From: Azolla caroliniana
Taxonomy: Eukaryota; Plantae; Polypodiophyta
DNA: 64,000 nucleotides
Direction: 5' to 3'
Assembly: GCA_043228905.1 (NCBI GenBank)
Contig: JBHGNT010000013.1
Span: 6,448,001 to 6,512,000, forward strand
In this document: one piece after another, positions 11,547 to 22,118 of the stretch
Layout of the letters: each line of letters starts with the position of its first letter
Numbering within the stretch: position 1 is the stretch's first letter
Notes under the pieces: generated by a model
Database searches by the model: none
Told to the model about the DNA's origin: nothing
Seen by the model: only the letters and a program-made list of their open reading frames with translations
Position numbers and translations under genes: made by a program

Positions 11547-12330
11547 AATGATCCTTCCACAAGTTCACCTATGGAAACTTTATTATGACTTCTCTTTTCT
11601 TTAAATCATAAGGCTTAATGAATTTCTTACAATGTTATCAGCAAGGTACTATTAGCACCATTGTGATCCGAAAACTTTGTCAGACCATTCAATCATAGGA
11701 GTGAAGGGTATGGACCTATCCAAAGCATGCAGATGACTCGTGGTTACTAGGAAATCCTCGTTGAATATCAATGCTCTATCCCCATCATGATGAAATTTCA
11801 AAAGATTACCCTTACCTATTAGTCCAACTAGTAAACTTGTTAAATTCATCAATGTGATGTGTGTACGGCCTAGAACATCTAAGAGCATCACAAACTAGTT
11901 TTTGCCTAAAAATTCCATGGCCTAGACAACCATGGTTCCTTTGAGAAGTTGACCACGACACGTTAGCTAGTTGATTCTTTGTTTGTTGAAGGAATTAACT
12001 CGAAAAATCACTCCACCAACTAAGAACATCCATGCACCATCACCCATAGAATTAGGAAGAGCTCTCAATTTCTCAATCCTTACTATGTCTGGACTTGGTA
12101 ATTTTCGTCGTGTTAAGTCAAATTAAGCCATTGGTTGCACCCCTGGTGGTGCTCCTTTGTCAATTCCTTTAAGTTTAGCCTTACAACCATACTCCTCCTA
12201 GAGCTCAAAAACTTTGATTTCTCATAAGGTGTTGGTGAAGTCATCAATATAACATCCACCAATCCCTAGTCGGCATCGTTTATAGTTGAGACTAGGATGT
12301 TATTTGATAGTCTTTGAGTTCCCGACTTTT
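11547..12330 (-). pseudogene. Decayed fragment of 18S rRNA gene (3' half), probably with adjacent ITS1 remnant at about 11330-11546
   Basis: Degenerate reverse complements of conserved 18S tracts: tgatccttccacaagttcacctatggaaac (3' end), ctccaccaactaagaac, gtcaaattaagcc, gtcaattcctttaagttt, aaactttgatttctcataaggt, tcggcatcgtttatagttgagactagga. Many transitions and small deletions. Confidence 0.93.
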
Positions 12331-12747
12331 TCTCTATAGATTCACGTGTTTTCCAATAGGCTGACACCCATCTCTTCCATGTTCATGTGTGTGTCTTATT
12401 AGAGTCATCCTTAATGTCTTGACAATAGTAATAAATGCAACACCAATACATAATAAAAGTACATGGCTCAAGTGGATAGTGTGTTACGCTCGTAATCCTT
12501 AAGACATAATTTGGAGCCTCGTGTGATGACCTTATACTTGAACTCCCTTGAAAACTTTTGGCCAAAGGGCTACCCAATGTGAAAGAGGTCAAACCTCAAT
12601 GTAGAAAGCTATAAAAGTGACTTTGACAGTGACTTTTGTAGCTCTTCTTCCCTCTTGAATCTTTCTTCATTCAATAACCTAAGCTTGAGCTTTGTCCCCC
12701 CATTTCCATATTGATATCATATTGGGGCAATAACCTAAGCTTGAGTG

Positions 12748-14674
12748 TTGTCTCCATATTGATATCATATTCCAAGGGATCGAGGTCTCCATATACCTTA
12801 TTGTTGGTGCATCGGCTTTGGGCATACTCACTAACAAAGTTTTGTCTGACCAAGCACACATCTTTGTATTGACTGAGTTTTGTCTTCATATTGATATCAT
12901 AGCCAAGGGATCGAGGTCTCCATATACCCTATTGTTGACGCATCGGATGAGAGTGGTTGTCAAGCACTCTCAAGCTATCACCATCGCTTATTCTAATCTC
13001 GCGAACTCTTACTTGCCTCTCTTATGAATATATTAAACAAATGTGTTCGAAAGGCTTAAGTGTTGGACACCAATATAAGTAAAGGAGATTACACACAATG
13101 ACACTAACCACACCTCTATTAGAGAAGTCACCACAATCACACAAAAGGAGCAATGATTAGGATTTGGCTAAATAGTACTTAACTCTAAGCACTCACTTGA
13201 CAAATATATGAGAAATAGAAAAGGAGAGAGGACCCTAGGTTAGATTACAAAGGGAGAGAAAACCTACAATTCAAGAAGAGAAATTGTGTATGCTCAGAGT
13301 ACCCCTCCTATTTCCAAACTCTATACCCTTTTTCTCCCACACATTTATAAATAGATATAATACATACACAAATACTTATATATGTACACATATGTGTCGG
13401 CTCTAGGCTTACTCACCAAGCACACATCTTTGTATTGATAGAGTTTTGTCTCCATATTGATATCATATTCCAAGGGATCGAGGTCTCCATATACCTTATT
13501 GTTGGTGCATCGGCTTTGGACATACTCACTAACAAAGTTTTGTCTGACCAAGCACACATCTTTGTATTGACTGAGTTTTGTCTTCATATTGATATCATAG
13601 CCAAGGGATCGAGGTCTCCATATACCCTATTGTTGACGCATCGGATGAGAGTGGTTGTCAAGCACTCTCAAGCTATCACCATCGCTTATTCTAATCTCGC
13701 GAACTCTTACTTGCCTCTCTTATGAATATATTAAACAAATGTGTTCGAAAGGCTTAAGTGTTGGACACCAATATAAGTAAAGGAGATTACACACAATGAC
13801 ACTAACCACACCTCTATTAGAGAAGTCACCACAATCACACAAAAGGAGCAATGATTAGGGTTTGGCTAAATAGTACTTAACTCTAAGCACTCACTTGACA
13901 AATATATGAGAAATAGAAAAGGAGAGAGGACCCTAGGTTAGATTACAAAGGGAGAGAAAACCTACAATTCAAGAAGAGAAATTGTGTATGCTCAGAGTAC
14001 CCCTCCTATTTCCAAACTCTATACCCTTTTTCTCCCACACATTTATAAATAGATATAATACATACACAAATACTTATATATGTACACATATGTGTCGGCT
14101 CTAGGCTTACTCACCAAGCACACATCTTTGTATTGATAGAGTTTTGTCTCCATATTGATATCATATTCCAAGGGATCGAGGTCTCCATATACCTTATTGT
14201 TGGTGCATCGGCTTTGGGCATACTCACTAACAAAGTTTTGTCTGACCAAGCACACATCTTTGTATTGACTGAGTTTTGTCTTCATATTGATATCATAGCC
14301 AAGGGATCGAGGTCTCCATATACCCTATTGTTGACGCATCGGATGAGAGTGGTTGTCAAGCACTCTCAAGCTATCACCATCGCTTATTCTAATCTCGCGA
14401 ACTCTTACTTTCCTCTCTTATGAATATATTAAACAAATGTGTTCGAAAGGCTTAAGTGTTGGACACCAATATAAGTAAAGGAGATTACACACAATGACAC
14501 TAACCACACCTCTATTAGAGAAGTCACCACAATCACACAAAAGGAGCAATGATTAGGGTTTGGCTAAATAATACTTAACTCTAAGCACTCACTTGACAAA
14601 TATATGAGAAATAGAAAAGGAGAGAGGACCCTAGGTTAGATTACAAAGGGAGAGAAAACCTACAATTCAAGAAG
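12748..14674 (-). repeat. Tandem array of about 2.75 near-identical 698-bp units derived from an LTR related to the Athila-like LTRs; each unit has an internal ~131-bp duplication
   Basis: The same motif recurs at about 12752, 13450 and 14148, and duplicated ORFs in the track are 698 apart. The minus strand shares gacaacca...ccgat...agggtata...atccc...atacaaagat with the U5 end of LTR 5723-6290. Confidence 0.9.
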
Positions 14675-16131
14675 TGGCTAAAAACAGCATAAAAGTGACT
14701 TTTGTAGCTCACTTACGAAAAGGTTGTCTCGCTTCACAATGGGGTGTCCATTATGCTTAAAGTTTTAGAACTTATTTGATGTGTTCCCCCTCTCTCTTGG
14801 TCTCTCACTTGATCTTTAGTATTAATGTTGATGTTGATGTTTTCACGGGCTGTGCTATGTATGACATGTACGTACAACACATAACACCGACATCAACATG
14901 CACATTGATACCAAAACACACATATACTAATCTATCAGACACACTTTTACAACAAAACATAAGCTCACACGTATACAAGCTACTACATATATTTACACAT
15001 ATTATACACACATTTCTCAACACACAATCTCACACATTGATTTATACCTATGAGTGCATACAAGCTCAAATTTATGTACACATTCCCACACACTCTCATG
15101 TGCGCATACAACATAATGAGAAAACCCACACACAACAATCTTGTTTGCAAGTGCACACACAACCTTATGAAGAGGAGATCAGAAAATACTTGTTTGACTC
15201 TTGAAAACCTTAATGGGCAATGCCACCAATCCATCTTCCTTGGTTCAAGACCTTGGTGCTCCTACTCAATGTTTCACATGCACACATAGATTTCCATAAC
15301 AGTGCAAGTCCTTTTGCATGGTAAAAACTATCTAGGAGATTGAAATGGTTAATATAGACTTGCATGAAATTCAAGAGACCAAGTTGATTTCAACAACATA
15401 GAATTTGCGGACCAAGAGCCATGAAGGCCATCAAACAAGAACCCATATCATACTTGAATTATATTATAGAACCCGATATCTAAGGTAGTCCAACAATACC
15501 TTATATGATGGAGATGGTAAAGCTTTAACTCATTGGAAAAAAACTCATTGAGAGGGTGATAAAACTTTCCTAGTTATTGAAGCCCGAATTTGTAATAATA
15601 ATAATAATAGCCCAAAGGAGTGTCGCAATTAGGCATGCATGGAAGGAGGAGGATGAGATGCCAATCGAGTCGAGTTCAGAGTCAATTGTACATAATGAAG
15701 AGTTAGACAATCCATCCGCCTCACCAAGTCGCTCTCATTTTTTGAAGAGAGGATTGATTGATTTGATTGTTATGTTGTTGTGTGGATTGATTGATTGATT
15801 GGGAGGGAGGGGTATTCTTCTCGTAATTATTCAATTCATACTGCCTTCTTCATTCTCTGCTCTGCGCTGCAGGGGTATTCTCGTAATTATTTAATCCTTC
15901 CTTCCTTCCTTCCATTCTCTGCTCTGCTGTGAATTGAAGGTTTGCACTGTGCAGCGATGGTGGACACGCTTTAGCTGCTGCAACCCCCCCCCCCCCCTCC
16001 CCTCTCTCTATCCCTCTGTCAGCAGGACAAAGAAATAAGATAGGCAAAATAAGAAGAGGAAAAGAAGAAGAAGAAGAAAGGAAGAAAACAAGAAAGCGGG
16101 AAGAGGGAGAAGAAGACCGCATTACAGAAAA

Positions 16132-19100
16132 ATGAGCGTCTCTTTGACAGTCATGACTTTTAACCTGCATCGAGATTGCAGAGAAGAAGAAGGCGACGGT
16201 GGTGAACCAGCAGCAGCAGCAGGAGGAGGAGGAGGTCACACGTGGGAATCACGCAGAGATCTCTGTATCACCATCGTCTCCAAGTATGCACCCACCATCC
16301 TCTGCACCCAAGAAGGTATTTAAATCATATTTTCTTCACAGATTTGTGAACTTCATCAATAGAAAGAAAGAAAGCAAGCATCGTGATCTATTGCCTTCTG
16401 TTGGAAATAATAACTAGTTGTTTGGATTGATCATTATATTGGCTAGAATAGTTTGTAGGACTTGGGATGGATTGATTGTAATGTAGAGTAGGATTTCCAG
16501 AATGTTAGATTTGAGTTAAATAAATTCGCTTCATTACGTAAATTGTTCATAATAAAGACAAAATCATTCATGTGAGTGGATATAAGCATAAATTGATCAC
16601 CTAGGTTATTTGAGTGGATGGATTGGTCATAATGTTAAAAGAGTAACTAGACTAAATGAGTGGTTGAATGTCTCTGTACTTGCCCCGCAAAGTTCCGAAA
16701 AGAAATTGATTATAATGGCTCATAAAATAACTAGGTTACCTGTTTGGGTGGATTGGTCCTTTTGTAGAAATAGAATAACTAGTGAATGCTTGATTAGGAT
16801 AGCTACGATATGTGAGTGGTCGGATTGGTCATAATCTTGACTAGAATAATTAGGTTATGCAATTGGATGGATTGATCATAGTGTTAAAATAGCTTGACTA
16901 GGTTATGTAAGTGGATGAATTGGTCATAATTCTTGAAAAAGAAATGTTATGTGAGTGGATGGGTAGGTTAAAATGTTATCTAGGATTGAAAGGCTAACAT
17001 GGTCATAGTGGAGCCTACAACACTGAGATTACATGGGTGGGTGGTTTGCTTTTGATGTTATACAAGCATGCACAATCAATAGCGAATGAACAGTACGCAC
17101 AACTGCTGAACTTGCTGTACATTTGGAAAGGAGATCAAATAATGGAATGTAAATTTAGTTCCATCCTGAATCTTGAATGTTTTCATTGTAACCATGGTGA
17201 TGATAAATATTATACCTATACTAATTAAGTTACTTTGGGCAGGAGAGGCCGAACTGTATGTGCGGTGCACAGGATTAAATGTGGAAAGGACTTCAAATCA
17301 TTTGTGCAACGAATTTGTATATTTTGCTTGGTTTCAACGTTTCACTGTTTTTATTCATCATAGCCTTGGTGATAAGTTTTCGTGGAGACTATATGATTGT
17401 ATGAACTACCTCAAAAAGTGATAAATAAAAATAAGGAGAGACTGGGATTTGGAAACTGAAAGGGTTAATGGCATCTTCCCCTTATAATTTATTAAAAATA
17501 GTAAAATGACAAACATAATATGTTGAAACTACTCCTTGGTGGCACAGTTGGCAGATCTGATCTCCATGACTTTGTGCCTCTCAAAGTCTAAGTGAATTGA
17601 AGAGGTCCTGAAATTTTGTCACACAACTGAGTGCATAGAGTTAATATCTCTAAAATGTCGAATTGAGTATACACAAAAACATTAATGACTCCTTATTTCA
17701 TAAAAGAGTATACAATGGTGAACATAATGTTACTTTAAGTCTACTTCTTAGTGATACAGATCACAGATCGTATCCTCTGTGGCTTTGTGTGTCTCAACCC
17801 AGAAGTGATGTGAAGGGGTCCCGGTCTTTCCTATTACATCACTGAGCACATGCAATTAATCCCCACTAAAATGCCAAAATGAGTATGCCCAGAAGGGTTA
17901 GTGACATCTCTCCCATCTTTCATAAAGCAGCAAACATAAATTTACTTTGAATCTAGTACTTGATGGCACAGTTGGCAGATCTGATCATCTGTGGTTTTGT
18001 GTGTCTCAACCTCGACGTGATGCGAAAGAGTCCTAATCTCTCCTATCAAATTACTGAGCACGTGCAAGTAATGTCTCTAAAATACCAAAATGAGTAATAC
18101 TCGGAATTATTAATGACATCTGCCCCTTATTTCATAAAAGATATTATCTTGGTGAACGTAATGCTGCTTGGTCTCTGCTCCTTCACGGTACAGTTGGCAG
18201 ATCCTGATCTTTTCTATTTGTGTGTGTCAATCTAAACCTGATGTGAAGGCATCCTGATCTTTTCTATTACATTGCTGAGTGCTTGGAATTAATGTTTTTA
18301 CGATGCCAAAATGGGTACACCCACCATTTATCATGAGGTTGGAATGGATAGTGTTGTCTCACATGTGAGAACAATTAAGGAAACAAAATGAGATCTTCCA
18401 TTGGCAGGCTTGTGAAAGTACTTGGATGATTGCCTCCAAGCTTGCTACATGTACATATAGTTATGGTGTGTCTAATGGTTTTCAGATCATCTCTCTCAAT
18501 AGAAGCTCAATATTGTGCTTTTTTCTGTGAGTGAGAGCAATCAATATCTCGTTTTCTGCTTCTTCTTTTTATTCCTTGTTGTAGTACGTGGGTATTTTGT
18601 AATATGCTCACAACTGAGTGTATTCTCTTTGATGATGAGATTGATGCTTAGCTGAGTTCAGCTTGCTTATACTAATTGTATTATTGCTATTTTTAATAAC
18701 TAATCTGATTCTTGGGTAACACGAAATATTCTTGTCTTACTGCATACAGGCCTACAATCACAGCTAGAAGATTTGGAACGTGCTTTACCAGGTACGTTTC
18801 TCTTTCCTATGTCATTGTACACTTGGCAAGAAAATCAGAATTATATATGTTAACATCTAGTTTAGGTCTCGCTCACTCTTTGTCTCTTCCACCCCACCAT
18901 CTGTTGTTAAAAATCTTTTGTATGGATGACATATAGTCATGGTTTTCGCAATCAGATTATTCTTAGATCATTCAGTTGTTATCATCAATGCATTTTATAG
19001 AGCTCCTATCAATGATTCCAACCAAGCCCAAAACATTGTCATGAAGCAGCTTGATGGTCCATGTTTTCTTAGCTAAGATAATTTTGCTTGATAGTGGGAA

Positions 19101-22100
19101 TCAGCAACAGTTCGGTTTCAGCTAACCGGTTTGGTGTTGTGCAAACCAAACTGGTTAAGGCTCAACCGGTTTGTCCAAACTGGTTAAAATTAAACCGGTT
19201 TAGCCAAACTGACTAGCCTTAACCGGTTTGAAAACCGGTTTAGCCCAAAATGGTTTGGTTCAGCTTGAGCCATCCATACCCGAGCTCAAACTGGTTAAGG
19301 AAGCTCAACCCCAAGCTGCTTAACCGTTGAAAAACGGTTTAACGGCTCGGTTCAGGCTTGAGCCGAGCCATTGCGGACTCCTACTTGATAGCCTGTTTTC
19401 AAAATTGGGATGTTGTTCTTGACATATTTCTTTCTGGCTCATAACTGATTTTTGGCAATTGACTGACTGCATGCCTGAGTGCCTTTATGGATGAATATCT
19501 CCGAAGGGAAGAAACAATTTGTTATTGTGCCAATATAGGCTCATCTCATCTCTGAATGCAGACAATTTATTATTTTGTCTAAATTTTTGTTTTTCTTAAG
19601 GAAGGAGATATTCATTATTTTGCCAGTGAAACCTTTTATAAAATGGGCACATGAATATCTTGCCTGAAGATTGGCACCACGATTGTGGGATCATATCATT
19701 TAACTTCTTTTTGGGCTATCCTAGCTTCCGTTTACTTCACTAGCAAGAACATAGGATGAAAGTACCAATTTTGCTCCCATTTTGTTTCCTACCTCCAATG
19801 TAAAATAAAATTCAGGTTATGGGCACTTCGGACTTTCCAGAAAGGGGCTTGATGATGCAACAGATGAACATTGTAGTGTCTTTTACAATAAAGAGCAGGT
19901 AATTGGTTATCTCAATTGTGGTTTCTTTTTTCCACCGTGGTTGTACATACATTAGTCGTGCTGGTTTCAGGTCGAGCAATCAGAAGGAGGGACATTTTGG
20001 CTCTCTGAATCACCATCTATACCAGCTAGTATGTCTTGGGGGGCAGCTGCACCATGCATTGCAACATGGGTGATATCCTGTCAATTGCCTTATACATACA
20101 TATTTTATTAATAACCATTAGATCACATTACATATGTGGCAATTTGATTGCATCATGAGAATGTTTTTACTGTGAATGCATTATTTCATCTAACCGTGTC
20201 TAAACTTTAACAATGATATCATAGTTTCCCTTGATAATAAATTACACACATTTCAGTTTAAAGGGGTGGAACCACCTGGCTTTTCATTTCAAATTGTAAA
20301 CACTCATCTAGATAAAACAAGTGCTCGGGCTCGTAGACGTGGAGCTTTATTGACATGGCAGCATATTGCATCACTGCCTCCAAGTCTTCCTGTTCTTTAT
20401 TGTGGAGGATTCAACACAGAAAAGGAGTCTGCTGTCGGACGTTTTTTGCTCGGAAGATCAAGGTACACATGAATTTCAGAATTTGTCTACACGACATTGA
20501 ACTTGAAGGTTTGACATAGGGTTGCTAATGCTGCAGGGAGCATGGAGTAGTTGGCGATATGTTTGATGCATGGGCCAGCGCACGTAGAAGAAAAAGTACA
20601 AAACTTGTTTATACATACCATGGATTTAAAGGTTAGTTAGGTCTTCTGAAATATTAATTTGTGCATAGTAAGTGATCATTTGGCTAGTGTAATGTATCTT
20701 GATTTAGCTTGAGCTCTTTTGCATCTATCAACTGAATGAATTCTTTGGACGTGATAGTTTTCTGTGCATGATATTCATGGCTTGCTTGCGAAATGCTTAT
20801 CAATCAAATTTTACTGTTCATTTCTCTGTTATTGACCAATGGTAGTTGCAATCAAGGGCCCTTAATCTCTTTTTATGTGTTTTGATGCCCCTACTATTCA
20901 GGTTATTTTTTTGACTTTTGATGCCCTTATTATTCAGGTTTTTTTGTGTTTTGATGCCCTTACTATTCAGGTTATTTTTATTTGACTACCTTGTGTTCTT
21001 TAAAATGTCTTTGAGTGAAATACATGCTACTAATGAAAACATAGTCCTTCGTTTGACTTGATCCGGAAACCTTTTACTATCCTTATCAGTACCCTACAGA
21101 AAGCCACTACATTGGTGCGTTAGAAATACATGATGCATGCTTGTATCATTGTACAGTATGGGAGTGTGTTATTTTTCCTACTTGTACGACAAATTTCTAT
21201 CAATGTAATGCATGATATGTGAAATTAGTTAGACATTAGGAAATTTGCACTTTCAATAGTTTTGAGTTGCAACAGAGTGAGGATACCCATGTTTAGTTGG
21301 TAAAAATATCAGAATAAACAGGACCATGTCAATCTCATCTTAACTGTTTTTCTGTAGTGTGTTTGCTTACTGCTGGATATATCTATCAGGAAACAGTTTG
21401 TGGTTAGAGCATAATTGAGAGTGCATTTATTATAAGAGTCATGGTCATTACCACTGGCATACTATGGTGGCACCTTGGATATGTTGCGTTCTGAGGAGAT
21501 GGATAATTATCATTGACACTATTTTATTTAAAATTCTTAGTATTACTCTTTGGTGTGTTTGGAAGAGAGTCGTTCTCACATTGTGGGTGTGGACTAGATT
21601 CCAGCTTGGCGACTGTAGTAAATGTATGATGAGAGCTCATTCACACCTTGAGGAGTCAATGGGATGGTTTGTCCTTAACTTGGATGGGAGAGAGTATCAG
21701 TATTTTATGCTATTAGTGAAGAAAACTTCTTTGTTAATATGTATAGTTCTTGAGATAATAGACTCACATAAGCTTAATTTACAGTTCCAATACGAGATAG
21801 GCAATACAATTTTGTCTCTAGTAACCATCATATACCATGATTGGAATGCTTGTGTTCTATGTTTTCTTCGCAGGAGAAAACCAAGGAACAGCAGCAAAGG
21901 TGAAACTACTATTGAAAGCTCTCTTCCTATGCTGGGACCGAAGGAATCAAGATTTACATGTTGATTGGATCCTATTCCGGGGACGGTCGCTAACACCCAT
22001 ATATGCCGAAGTGGTGGATGATAATACAAGTGGTCACTATCCTTCAGATCACTACCCTTTGTATGTTGAGTTTTCTTTGCCAAGAAGTGTGAGACATCTT

Positions 22101-22118
22101 GATGAGACTACGGTATGA
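16132..22118 (+). CDS. Endonuclease/exonuclease/phosphatase (DNase I-like/EEP) family protein, 321 aa, 7 exons: 16132-16315, 18750-18791, 19816-19898, 19971-20072, 20248-20462, 20537-20631, 21874-22118
   Basis: Motifs LTVMTFNL, LCTQEG, FWLSESP, IVNTHLD, CGGFN, TYHGF, VDWILFR, PSDHYPL. Exon lengths total 966 nt with consistent phases. Five GT-AG introns and one AT-AC intron. Confidence 0.95.
16570..16975. repeat. Degenerate minisatellite in intron 1 (core gtgagtggatggattggtcataat, about 6 copies)
   Basis: Core variants at about 16572, 16611, 16745, 16812, 16864, 16910 and 16951. Confidence 0.7.
17460..18320. repeat. Degenerate tandem repeat of about 212-222 bp, 4 copies, in intron 1
   Basis: Anchor cacagttggcagatctgatc or a variant at about 17543, 17755, 17966 and 18189. 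actgag..c.tg.aattaat and ccaaaatgagta also recur. Confidence 0.8.
19095..19383. mobile_element. hAT-type MITE (289 bp) in intron 2
   Basis: 8-bp TSD cttgatag at 19087-94 and 19384-91. Imperfect TIRs tgggaatcagcaa / ttgcggactccta. Many internal aaccgg/ccggtt motifs typical of hAT subterminal repeats. Confidence 0.88.
20073..20247 (+). other. U12-type (minor spliceosome) AT-AC intron
   Basis: 5' site ATATCCTG, branch site ttcccttgAt (20226-35, A 13 nt from the end), 3' end CAC. Splicing joins CIATWV to TFQFKGVEPPGFSF in frame. Confidence 0.9.
20876..20982. repeat. 3 copies of a ~35-bp minisatellite in intron 6
   Basis: ttttgatgccc.t.ctattcaggtt is repeated three times. Confidence 0.85.

Noticed and set aside
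12748-14674. Retrozyme (hammerhead ribozyme) explanation for the tandem array
   Set aside because: I found no CTGANGA...GAAA core on either strand by eye. An Infernal search would be needed to exclude other ribozymes.
14776-15289. His/Thr-rich ORFs
   Set aside because: They are products of AC-rich low-complexity sequence.
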